A DNA stretch of 30,524 nt. It comes from Legionellaceae bacterium. Its GTDB lineage: Bacteria > Pseudomonadota > Gammaproteobacteria > Legionellales > Legionellaceae. The DNA lies in NCBI GenBank assembly GCA_027449525.1, contig DAIDLK010000002.1:1-30524 (forward strand), given 5' to 3'. Both the position numbers and the translations under genes were made by a program. The notes beneath the pieces are model-generated. The model saw only the letters and a program-made list of their open reading frames with translations. It ran no database searches and was not told the origin of the DNA. Each line of letters begins with the position of its first letter. Positions within the stretch are counted from its first letter, which is position 1. This document shows positions 1 through 12,200 of this stretch, piece after piece.

Positions 1-15
1 GCTCCGCTATTTCGC

Positions 16-987
16 ATGGAGGCGATACAGCACCATCAACACCAACAATTGGGTTCCGTTTCGATTAATATTCCAGTGCAAGTCAAGCTGTTGATTCTTG
101 CTTGTACGCTGTTTGTCATAGGCTCGATGTTGTTTGCCGCATGGGCTGAGTTCTCTGAACATTGTTTGGTGAGAGGCTACTTGAATGTTCTTCCGCATGG
201 TGCGAGGGTTTATGCCATGCAACCGGGGGTCATCTCTGCGCGATACGTGGTGGAGGGTGATGCGGTTAAACGCGGCGATCGTCTGTATCGGGTGAACCGT
301 TTGCTCGTTGGGCAGCTTGCGTTAGCCAAACAACCAGAGTGGCGCTTGTTAAAGCAACAGCAACGTGCTTTACGTAGTGCATTGGCTGAAAAAAAACAGG
401 AAGTTATTAAGCACCAGGCTCTTTACAGCCAGCACTACGTGACACGCGCTGTTTTGCAAACGCACCAAGATGAATTGGCGGCGGTGTCGTGGCAATTAAG
501 CCAAATTGCGGTTGAATTGATTCACTACCAACAAACACATACTGAAGTGGTGCGAGCGCCCATTGATGGAGTGGTAACTGATGTACTCGGTGTTGTTGGG
601 CAACGTGTGCAGCCGACATCGTTCTTATTAAGCATTACGCCCCACCACGCACAACCGTTTGCTGAGCTATTGGTCCCAGCGGCTTTCATGCGTTTTGTGG
701 TGCTAGGGAAGTCAATCGCGTTACGTTATGATGCTTATCCTTATCAGCACTATGGTACGGCACCTGCGGTTATTGAGCAGATTAGTCAAACCATGTTAAC
801 GGATGCTGAAGAGCAAAAGCCCATTCGCTTAGGTATGCCATATTATAAAGTGCTAGCTAGGTTAACGGGATCAGCCATAGCTTTACCGCAAAATATGACG
901 TTTACGGCAGTTATTCCCGGATCGCGCAAAACCTTATGGCGCTGGGTTTTTGAACCGATGTTAGTTTCTTTCAATGAGTCAGCATGA
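16..987 (+). CDS. HlyD-family membrane fusion (periplasmic adaptor) protein of a type I/peptide export system, CvaA/RaxA-like
   Basis: N-terminal TM helix (LLILACTLFVIGSMLFAAW); lipoyl half-motifs (PGVISARYVVEGDAVKRGDRLY; VVRAPIDGVV); the family-typical LRYDAYPYQHYG and PYYKV segments. Stop overlaps the ATG of the downstream ABC transporter (ATGA, 984-987). Confidence 0.9.
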   Translation: MEAIQHHQHQQLGSVSINIPVQVKLLILACTLFVIGSMLFAAWAEFSEHCLVRGYLNVLPHGARVYAMQPGVISARYVVEGDAVKRGDRLYRVNRLLVGQLALAKQPEWRLLKQQQRALRSALAEKKQEVIKHQALYSQHYVTRAVLQTHQDELAAVSWQLSQIAVELIHYQQTHTEVVRAPIDGVVTDVLGVVGQRVQPTSFLLSITPHHAQPFAELLVPAAFMRFVVLGKSIALRYDAYPYQHYGTAPAVIEQISQTMLTDAEEQKPIRLGMPYYKVLARLTGSAIALPQNMTFTAVIPGSRKTLWRWVFEPMLVSFNESA

Positions 988-3065
988 GCGAATCATTCTT
1001 ACAGTGGTCCACTAAACCTCGGCGCACACTGCCGGTTGTTTTGCAAAACGAACTGGCCGAATGCGGGCATGCTTGCTTGGTCATGGTGAGTTGCTTTTGG
1101 GGGAATTCACTCAATTTAGCCCAATTAAGGTGTCGGCATCAGCCTTCACTGCAAGGCATAACGCTCCGTCAACTAGTGGATTTATTCGCTCAGTATGGTT
1201 TTTCCGCGCGCGCGCTGCAGGTGCCTTTGACGGAACTACGATACGTGCGCACTCCGGCTGTGTTGCACTGGAACATGAATCATTTTGTGGTATTAAAGCA
1301 GGTGAAAAAAAACTCTGTTGTGATTCATGATCCAGCGTTTGGCTTGCGCAAGTGTTCCATGGACGAGGTATCGCGCTCGTTCACGGGTGTGCTGCTTGAA
1401 ATTAGTTTAGAACGTTCCGTGGTAGAGCCCCTGACCCACACTCGCTTGAGCCTACCGCGTTTGTTATGTACGGTTGTTGGTTTGCCTTCTACATTACTCT
1501 GGCTTTTATTATCCTCTCTTTGCTTGGAGCTCCTAAGTTTAGTGAATCCGCTCTTCACCCAGCACGTGATTGATCATGTTGTTGCGTCTGGCGACATAGT
1601 GCACCTGGTTTATTTAGTCTGCGGTTGTTCGTTCTTGATGTTGATGCATGCATTGACTGAATGGCTGCGTGGAAAAACTAGTTTGTATTTATCCATGCAG
1701 TTAACGGAACAACTGTCGGCAGGGTGTATGCGTCACTTATTGCGGTTGCCGTCAGAATTTTTTGCTGCACGTCGTCGCGGTGATATTCAATCAAAAATGC
1801 AAGCTATTCACGATATCCAGCGTAAGGTAGGCACTGAATGTATTCATACCCTACTTGATGGGGGAATGGCAGTACTCACGCTCTTAGTGATGTCTGTCTA
1901 TAGCCCATTTTTAACCGCTGTTGTAGCAAGCGCCTTGGTATTGTACGTAGGATTACGCGCCGGTTCTTATCATGCATTACAACAGCACACCGCTACCTCG
2001 ATTCACCAGCACGCAAAAGTTGCTTCAGTGTTTCTTGAGTCGATTCAAGCAATTACGCCGATTAAGTTGTTTTTAAAAGAGTCGGTACGTTTTAATCAAT
2101 GGCATAATGCTAGTATTGATGCGTTGAATGCGGATATTCGTGTCGCTAGCAAGCAATTAATTTACCAGGTTGGTCAGCAATGGTTGTTTAGTATGGAACA
2201 TCTTGCGGTGGTTTGTTTTGCCGCGCTGGGCGTGATGGCTAATCGCTTGTCGATAGGGATGTTGTTGGCTTTTTTAGGTTATCGGCAGTTGTTGGTGAGT
2301 AAAACACTGTCGTTTGTGCAACACCTGTTTGATTACCGCTTGTTGTCAATTCAATTGAATCGTTTGAGCGATATTGTATTACATCCTGCTGAAGTGATTA
2401 GCACTGGGCGTGGCGTAGTGGATGAACTACGCGGGCAATTGTCATTACATCACGTTTCTTTTCAATACGATACGTTCTCACCGTGGGTTGTCAACCAGCT
2501 GGATTTAACCATTCATGCCGGTGAAAAAGTCGTGTTAGTTGGACCGTCTGGCTGCGGTAAATCCACTGTATTAAAACTCCTGATGGGGTTGATTCAACCA
2601 ACTAGCGGCGAGTTACGTCTTGATGATCAACCCTTAACCGACTTCGGGCTGAAAAATTATCGCCAGGCACTAGCGGCAGTACTGCAAGATGATGCGCTGC
2701 TTAGTGGTTCGATTGCCGATAATATTTGTTTTTTTGACCCAACCGTGGACCACGAGTGGCTGTATACGGTAGCCCATTGGTGCGGCATGCATGATAGCAT
2801 TCGTCGTTTAAGTATGGGTTACGAAACATTCGTGGGAGACATGGGTTCTAGTTTATCCGGCGGACAGAAGCAACGTTTATTATTGGCGCGTGCACTGTAT
2901 AAAAAACCCAAAATTTTATTTTTAGACGAAGCCACCAGCCACTTGGACGCAGAGAATGAGCGCGCTATTAATCGAACGCTGGCTGGGCTAAATATTACTC
3001 AAGTGATTGTAGCGCACCGTGCCGAAACCATTAAAATGGCTGATAGGGTGATTACCTTGGCGTAG
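984..3065 (+). CDS. Peptidase-containing ABC transporter (C39 peptidase + TMD + ABC ATPase), CvaB/RaxB-like
   Basis: C39 motifs QNELAECGHACLVM (Cys), LHWNMNHFVVL (His) and IHDPAFG (Asp). Several TM segments follow. Walker A GPSGCGKS, Q-loop VLQDD, signature LSGGQKQR, Walker B LFLDEATSHLD, H-loop VAHR. Confidence 0.95.
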   Translation: MSESFLQWSTKPRRTLPVVLQNELAECGHACLVMVSCFWGNSLNLAQLRCRHQPSLQGITLRQLVDLFAQYGFSARALQVPLTELRYVRTPAVLHWNMNHFVVLKQVKKNSVVIHDPAFGLRKCSMDEVSRSFTGVLLEISLERSVVEPLTHTRLSLPRLLCTVVGLPSTLLWLLLSSLCLELLSLVNPLFTQHVIDHVVASGDIVHLVYLVCGCSFLMLMHALTEWLRGKTSLYLSMQLTEQLSAGCMRHLLRLPSEFFAARRRGDIQSKMQAIHDIQRKVGTECIHTLLDGGMAVLTLLVMSVYSPFLTAVVASALVLYVGLRAGSYHALQQHTATSIHQHAKVASVFLESIQAITPIKLFLKESVRFNQWHNASIDALNADIRVASKQLIYQVGQQWLFSMEHLAVVCFAALGVMANRLSIGMLLAFLGYRQLLVSKTLSFVQHLFDYRLLSIQLNRLSDIVLHPAEVISTGRGVVDELRGQLSLHHVSFQYDTFSPWVVNQLDLTIHAGEKVVLVGPSGCGKSTVLKLLMGLIQPTSGELRLDDQPLTDFGLKNYRQALAAVLQDDALLSGSIADNICFFDPTVDHEWLYTVAHWCGMHDSIRRLSMGYETFVGDMGSSLSGGQKQRLLLARALYKKPKILFLDEATSHLDAENERAINRTLAGLNITQVIVAHRAETIKMADRVITLA

Positions 3066-3083
3066 TTGGTATATCATTGAGTC

Positions 3084-3617
3084 ATGCTTGCAAAAAATCA
3101 AATAAATTTCATTCATCTCGACAACATCATCGTGCAGGTGACGCGAAAGCCAATAAAGCACTTGATTTTGCGCGTTGATCCACCGGACGGTGAGGTTAGA
3201 CTCAGCGCCCCGCACGCCGTCTCACTTTCTGACATTGAGCGGTATTTATGGTCCAAACACGCGTGGATTCGGCAGCATTGCGAGAGGTTACAACGCCAGC
3301 CAGTGTTGCCAGTGTGGGATCAACAAGCATTTTATGCTTGTGTGCCCGATTTAATTGCGCATTGGCAAGTCATCATGGAGGTGCAGGTTGCCGCCTGGGG
3401 TATTAAAGCGATGAAAACGCGTTGGGGAAGTTGCAATCCGCGCGCAAAACGAATTTGGCTGAATCGACACCTGATTGACAAACCCAAAGCCTGTTTGGAA
3501 TATGTTTTGGTGCACGAGATGGTGCATTTGCTCGAGGCAAGTCATAATAGGCGATTTTATGCATTAATGGATCACTTTTTGCCTGAGTGGAGAACATGCC
3601 AGAGTTACCTGAAGTAG
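3084..3617 (+). CDS. YgjP/DUF45-like zinc metalloprotein (M48/SprT-like), short form
   Basis: RKPIKHLILRV..PDG.V.LSAP N-terminus; MKTRWGSCN; EYVLVHEMVHL (HEXXH); HNRRFY..MD..LP.W. Confidence 0.85.
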   Translation: MLAKNQINFIHLDNIIVQVTRKPIKHLILRVDPPDGEVRLSAPHAVSLSDIERYLWSKHAWIRQHCERLQRQPVLPVWDQQAFYACVPDLIAHWQVIMEVQVAAWGIKAMKTRWGSCNPRAKRIWLNRHLIDKPKACLEYVLVHEMVHLLEASHNRRFYALMDHFLPEWRTCQSYLK

Positions 3618-4444
3618 AAACGACCCTACGTGGCTTACTACCGCACGTGCAGGGTGTGTGCATTGAACGAGCGATTGTGCGTCAGCCCCATTTGCGTTGG
3701 CCTATTCCTGAGGATTTGTCAGATTGGTTAGCTGGCCAACGCATTACCAGTGCGGTACGGCGTGGAAAATACTTGATTTTTTCTCTAACGCGCGGTCACT
3801 TGTTGTTGCATCTTGGCATGTCAGGGCGGTGGCGCGTATTGCAAGAAAATAGCGCGCCCGCCAAGCATGATCACGTGGATATCGTGTTATCCACTGGCTG
3901 TGTGTTGCGTTACACGGATCCACGCCGTTTTGGGGCAATTTTGACCACCACCGAACCGTTAGCGCAACATCGTTTGTTGCGGCATTTAGGTGCCGAACCA
4001 TTAACTGCCGCATTTAACCCGCAGGCGTTACACCAGTTGGCTCAGGGCAGGCGCATAGCGATTAAGCCGTTGATTATGGATCACACGGTCGTGGTGGGGG
4101 TTGGGAATATTTATGCTACGGAAGCGTTGTTCATGGCAGGTATTCATCCGGCCATGCCGGCAGGTCTATTATCACTTGCTCAAGCCGAGCGATTAGTTGC
4201 CGCCATTCAAGCGATTTTAGCGAGTGCTATTGCCGAGGGCGGTACGACCCTGAATGACTTTTTATCCAGTGATGGAAAGCCGGGCTATTTTGCCCAGCAA
4301 CTCAAAGTGTATGGACGCAAAGGTCAACCTTGCGTCATTTGTCATTCTCCCCTGCAATCTTGTACACTGGGTCAACGGGGTACCGCATTTTGTGGCACCT
4401 GCCAAATTCAGGATGAAGGGATTGAGAACGCTCCTTGTCGTTAG
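3596..4444 (+). CDS. mutM: Formamidopyrimidine-DNA glycosylase / AP lyase
   Basis: Starts MPELPEVET at ATG 3596 (the ORF-track start at 3587 is an extension; catalytic Pro must be residue 2). Also RRGKYL, HLGMSG, DPRRFG, H2TH GVGNIYATE and a C-terminal Zn finger CVIC...FCGTCQ. Confidence 0.97.
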   Translation: MPELPEVETTLRGLLPHVQGVCIERAIVRQPHLRWPIPEDLSDWLAGQRITSAVRRGKYLIFSLTRGHLLLHLGMSGRWRVLQENSAPAKHDHVDIVLSTGCVLRYTDPRRFGAILTTTEPLAQHRLLRHLGAEPLTAAFNPQALHQLAQGRRIAIKPLIMDHTVVVGVGNIYATEALFMAGIHPAMPAGLLSLAQAERLVAAIQAILASAIAEGGTTLNDFLSSDGKPGYFAQQLKVYGRKGQPCVICHSPLQSCTLGQRGTAFCGTCQIQDEGIENAPCR

Positions 4445-5522
4445 TTGCGTCATGGTGTCAACCCTATTGTGGCGGTATTTTCCTGACGCCCGCCCGCCAA
4501 TAACCCAAACGACACAAGCCTTCGAGCAGCAGTTATCCGTCCCGGCGTATCGTGCAATGCAAGCCGTCTTGGTGGCGGCTGAAAAAAATCGCATGGAGCA
4601 CAATCAGATTGTCACGCTCATCGACTACTCCTTGCCAGCGAATCAGAAACGCTTGTGGGTGTTTGATTTAAGCACACAACAGGTGTTGTTCCACACCTAC
4701 GTTTCACACGGCATCAATTCAGGTGCACTGCACACCACGCGTTTTTCCAATCGTTACAACAGTAAGTCGAGTAGCATGGGGGTTTACCGCACGCAAAAAA
4801 CCTACCGGGGCCGTGAGGGGTTAACGCTGAAATTACAAGGACTGGATCCAGGCTTTAACGACAATGCCGAGAATCGTGCCATTGTGATGCACGGTGGCTG
4901 GTACATGGATGAGGCGTTTATTCATAAGTACGGACGCTCAGGCCGCAGTTGGGGTTGCCCCGCGTTGCCATTGACGGTATCGAGTGATCTGATCAATACC
5001 ATCAAAGATAATGCGTTGTTAATTATCTACTATCCGGATAAAAAATGGTTTTCCCATTCTAAATTTTTGCAAGACGATGCGTTTTTTGCTGAACAAGCTG
5101 CCAGCATTGACGACCCTACAGGCCTTGTTGAGGAAGAGCCGGAACGTGGTGCGGTGTTGTTAGCTAATCTTAACCCGTTGCTTTCACATAAAATGGACGA
5201 GGCAATTTTAGCCCTACCTGCAGAGGCTTATCAACACCAATTTGCGCAAGCACCGCCACTATCTCGCATGTTACGGCGTCAAATTCATCAGAAGGAATAC
5301 ATTGCCATCAGTCCGGAGGAGCTCACGCGACTCAACGGGCAATGGGCTGATTTGTGTTTTGTGGTGCCGACACTGCGCATGGAACGCGGCTACTATTTAA
5401 CCGAAATGAAAATTATTGATTTAGGTGCTATTCAATCCATCGACCAACAGCAAGGCACCGTAGTGCACTTAGCCAATAACCGTGCGGTGGTGTTGCGCAC
5501 CAGTCAACAATTTATTCGCTGG

Positions 5523-5534
<12 letters not shown>
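4413..5534 (+). CDS. Murein L,D-transpeptidase catalytic-domain protein (YkuD_2-like) with C-terminal extension
   Basis: Probable start ATG 4413 (CAGG just upstream), giving a signal/TM segment MKGLRTLLVVSCVMVSTLLW. Motifs LIDYSLPANQKRLWVFDL, VSHG, SSMG.Y.T..TY.G, IVMHG (His) and GRSWGCPA (Cys). Confidence 0.88.
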
Positions 5535-7559
<2,025 letters not shown>

Positions 7560-8885
7560 ACGAAGGCTCCTGGTGGGGGTGGGGTGGCTGGAATAAACGG
7601 TGTCTACGAAGATCGCTCAAATTTTCGGGTGGGCGTGCGGCCTGCACGCGCTTGCCTTCAATGGCCATGAGGGTCGAGGCACCTAATGCGGCTAGTGCAC
7701 CCAATACGGGCAGTATGGGATTAAAAGCCACTACCACCGGTAGTAGGGTTAAAATCGCTAGCACTAAAATTAGATTATTCCACAACGCCAGTCCATGGAA
7801 ACGGTATTCATAAGCGCGTCGTGCGCGTAATACGCTCAGGTATTCTGGGTTGGGTGAGATGTTGCCTTGGAAAACGCCGTGCTGGTATTCATTTTCCAAC
7901 CAATTCAGTCGGCTTAACTCCAAGCCAGCGCGCACCATGATCGTGGCTAAATCAAAAAATTGCAAAACAATCGTCAACACGAGACGATAGGGCATCAATG
8001 AGCCAACCAACACAAAGCAAGTGAGGATGCCGCTGATAAACCACATTAAATCATTGCTGACCTCAAAACCGCGGCGATGCAAATTAAGCTGTGCGATGAG
8101 GCGAGTGCCAAACGGTAATTTTCGCTCCCGTTCAGGCATCCAAGGATTAGGGATAGTATGTTTTAGTAATATCAATAAATTAACACTGAGGCGTGGGATG
8201 AAAAAAGCCCAACCTAAATAAAGAAAGAAAGGACCAAGTACTGGCTCTAAGGCATTGATCCAAGGATGAAACAGTCGAAAAGATTGGAGCAAGAGTGCGT
8301 AGGTGGTGAGGCGCCTTAGCCGAAGTGCGACCAAGCGATACCAATTCGCGCTGGTCATGTAACTGCGAATTGAATGCAAAAGGTTGGTGGTTGGAAGCAG
8401 TGTCAGGTCGGGTTCACTGGCAAAGGCAGGGTATTGCTGGCGCAGGAGGCGACGCAGCAAACTTTGATCGTGGCGTAATTGATTGATATCTTGTGTTTCA
8501 TCCAGAAAACAATAGGTTTGTTCAAGTAATTCGGCAAGCACGAGGGTCGCCTCTAGTTCTTCCAGCAGTTGAGGTTTGGGCGTTGACGGTTTGTTGGCAA
8601 GAGTTAATAAGTAGTTACATTGCACACGGTAAAGTGCCATCCAACGGGGGCGATTATTAATTACCTCAACCCAGAAAGGCATCGATTGACGGTTTAATTG
8701 CTGAGAAAAAGACCAGGTGGCCAACTTACGATGAAATGGCTGCTTCGGGAAGTGAGGGATACTTGCCGGTAATTGTTGCAATATTACTGCCATTTTTGTA
8801 ACTTATTTGTCTAAAATTTTGCTATTATAGCACAGCTGATGTGAATTTAGGCTATAGTTTATGGTAATAGTACCAGGAGATACTG

Positions 8886-9203
8886 ATGTTGATGGCGAAC
8901 CTGCAACAAAAACTACACAGTTTACTTGCAGAGTCTTCACCGCCATTAGTTGAAAATGCCAGTTTGCAGCAACAATTAGCCTCGGCGTGGCAATCTCGCC
9001 AATTGGAGCGTTTAAACACTACTCCTGCTGCGCCGACCAAGTTATTCCTTTCATTCAAGGATGAACAAGATTTGTCCCAACTTAAACATACTATTTCGCC
9101 AGACTGTTTTAAAATACTAGCTACGCAGCAATACCGCACTAAAATAGCCGAAGGCCGCACGGAGGATCATTCGGCAAATAGCATTGCCACATTGTTTAAA
9201 TAA
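8886..9203 (+). CDS. Hypothetical protein (105 aa)
   Basis: Strong RBS AGGAGA about 6 nt upstream of ATG 8886; fills the gap between divergent genes; no recognisable motif. Confidence 0.65.
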   Translation: MLMANLQQKLHSLLAESSPPLVENASLQQQLASAWQSRQLERLNTTPAAPTKLFLSFKDEQDLSQLKHTISPDCFKILATQQYRTKIAEGRTEDHSANSIATLFK

Positions 9204-9220
9204 AAAACTAAGTGTATAAT
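9192..9220 (+). promoter_or_regulatory. Putative sigma70 promoter for the RNase-helicase gene
   Basis: TTGTTT (9192-9197), a 17-nt spacer, then a perfect TATAAT (9215-9220), about 30 nt upstream of ATG 9252. Confidence 0.6.
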
Positions 9221-9251
9221 GCTGGCTTTTCACTGTTGAGTGAGTGGCTTC

Positions 9252-12200
9252 ATGAATCGAATTTATTATTGGCAAGGCGCTGAGGGTAATACCGCTCTGC
9301 TCTCAGAGCATCGTGACACCATAGCAAGGCTTTTAACGGGTGACTACCCTGCGGCTGATCTAGAAAAATTAAAAGGTAATCATCGTCACAGTGTCTATAG
9401 CTTCAGATTAAACGACGCACATCGCTTATTGTTCACTACCCGGAGGGTGCAAGGTAGGGATTATTTGCATGTTCTTGAGCTTGTAGCGAATCATGACTAT
9501 CAAAAAAGTCGTTTCAAACGACCGGCTGTTTTGCGTAATTACCTGGATAAACAAATCACAGAAGATGTTTCGGCTGAATTTGAATCTCTAACTTCCTTTC
9601 ATGAAAAACCACGGTTTGAAGCGCCTGCTGATCCATCGGAGATACAACCTATTCCGCTTGATTATTTTAATCAGCAATTTATCCAGGTTGACGAAGAACA
9701 GGAACATATCATTAATCAACCGTTGCCACTCATTATTAACGGTGTTGGCGGTTCAGGAAAAACTTATCTCGCCTTAAAGTTTCTTCAACAGTATGTTCGT
9801 GATTACGCAGGCAATGAGCCAGCCCGCCTTCTTTACGTTACCAAAGAGGTTACTTTGGTAAACACCATGAAACGGCATTGGTTTCTTTTAACCGAAACAA
9901 CCTCGAGTGCGGTCCAAGTGGAGTTCCAGACCTATGAACAACTGTTAGCCAAATTTATAAAGTTTGAGCCATTACCGACGGAGCAACACCACTATCAAGC
10001 CTGGCTAAGCACCCAAAAAAAGTCCAGTTTATCCCTCGATGATCAAACGCAATTCCATGAGTTTCGAATTTGTGCCGCATACACGCAAGAGCAGTATGTA
10101 GCCCTTGGTGAGCATCAATCCACACTGCCTGTAGACCAACGGGCTCATTTATATAGTCAATATCAGGCGTACCAAGCCTACTTGGAGCATCATCATCTGG
10201 TTGATCCAATGGTTTATTCGCTGGCCGAAAGCCCAATTTATGCACGAATTGTCGTTGACGAAGCACAAAATCTTTCGTTGCAGCAATTACGCACGCTGCA
10301 TGGCCTAGCCATGCATCACGCCATTCTTTATTGCATGGATCCACAGCAGAACTTGATGGATCAATTGCCAATCAGGGTATTACTGCAACAGTTGCATTGG
10401 CTGGGCGGGCGCACATTACTTACTTTTCCTCTGAATCGCACGTATCGCTGTCCAGAAAATATTACCAAGATGGTCAACACGTTATTACGTGCAAAACACC
10501 ACATACTGGGTAAAATTGATAAAAATGAAACAAAAGCGTTGCTCACCAGTGACCAACATACCGACCCCGGAACGGTGGTTTTTGCAACTAAAAATAGCTT
10601 GTTGGGTCACCGTGACATCCTGCAACGCAACAAAACCAACCATTTTGCCGTAATCACTCACTCGCACTTAGTAGACGAAGCGATACGTTTGTTTGACACA
10701 CCGCTCGTGTTTAGCGTCGAGCAAATTCAAGGGTTTGAATACCAAACGGTTATTGTTTATCAATTGCTCTCTGACCCTCTGTCACAGTCCTACCTTAAAA
10801 TGGTGCACCAACCACTGATGAACATTGATAATGACCGTCGCACTCTATCAACAAAACATGCCCATCATGACCTCGCACCCTGGTTTAATCGACTGTATAC
10901 CGCCTACACTCGTGCGCAAAACACGTTGCTAATCTGCGAGGACGCAGCGCCTAATAAAAATGGGTTAATACGATTACTGCAAACCACTATCCACAATCAA
11001 GCGGTAACCGCCGCTCTTCCGTTAAGTACCCCAGATACTAATTGGCAGGCGGAAGCAGAAAATCAACAAGCCAAAGGTAATAGTGAGATTGCAACCCGGA
11101 TTCGCGATCGTTACTTGATGACGACAACCAAGCAGACAAGTGCGCCATCGGTTGCAACAAACCAGAAAAAAAGTAAGCACAAACCCAAACCACCACCGTC
11201 AACCGAAGCACAAATCAAAGCACGCGATATCTTTCAGCGCTTTAGCGAAAAAGGTTTGATTAGTAACTGGGTGAAGCAACCGGATTTCATTACCACATTG
11301 TTTGATGCGCCTATCAGCTTCACGCATGAAGCACCGCAACCTCTTTTTCACCACATCATCCAATCCCCGAGCCACCTGACTCGCTTTGCCTTTGCCTTGG
11401 GGGTGCCTTCCTTAGCGTTTGTTACCCCGGATTTCATACAGCGCGCGATTGCTTGCCCCTCTTTACCCCATTTGGTGGTTGAAAAATTAATGCAGCACCT
11501 GTTGTTGCACACACCGAGCGCTCTTAAAACGTTAGAAATTAGAAATTGGCTGGGTCTGCAGCTTACTTATGAGCGACTACTCGCTGTTTTGCAAACAGCT
11601 TGCAAAACCAATGATGACTGCCTCATTGTTGTGACAACACTGTTGCACTACGAGTTTCACTTTGCATTGAACACGAACGATTTGGCACAAATTTTGCAGG
11701 TTATGCATTCACAAACGTCCACCACACTCCTCTGGCAATTGGCTCGCACCGACAGTGGTCGTATTAAAACCCTGTTAGAGGATGTTCCTGATCTGTTCCA
11801 GAGCATTCCAACACAAGCTTGGGCATGGGCCGTGACCAAACCAGTTGATTCCCCGCATAACGCGGCCACAAGTAACGCAGTCCAGTTGTTACTGGCTCAA
11901 TCGATTCCTGATCTAGAGTTCGTTATGCGCGAGCTGCGCGATGTAAGCGTCGAGCAGAAACGCTCGTTGTTTGAGATCATGAAACCAAGTTTGGTGAATC
12001 AGGTGACAGACAGTCAAGTACTGGGTAAAATGACGCTAGCTTTTTTTCTATCAAACGACCAATTCCACGATCTGTTCCGCCTGGTTCGTCAAAATTTACC
12101 GCAATTGATTACTAGTGCTGAGGCGTTGTCTGATCTCATGCATTATCTTAATTTAGAGCAACGTGATATCGTGTACATGCTCATTCAAGACCAATGGCTA

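Noticed and set aside
4254-4412. N-terminal extensions in the ORF track (also at 14806, 17834, 19290, 20332, 21508, 22778, 26692 and 29002)
   Set aside because: They mostly overlap neighbouring genes or regulatory DNA, and downstream ATGs match the family N-termini, RBS positions or stop-start coupling.
7572-7590. G-rich tract GGTGGGGGTGGGGTGGCTGG as a G-quadruplex or simple repeat
   Set aside because: Only two runs of three or more G; it is explained by the Pro/His codons (PPHPHQ) of the minus-strand gene.
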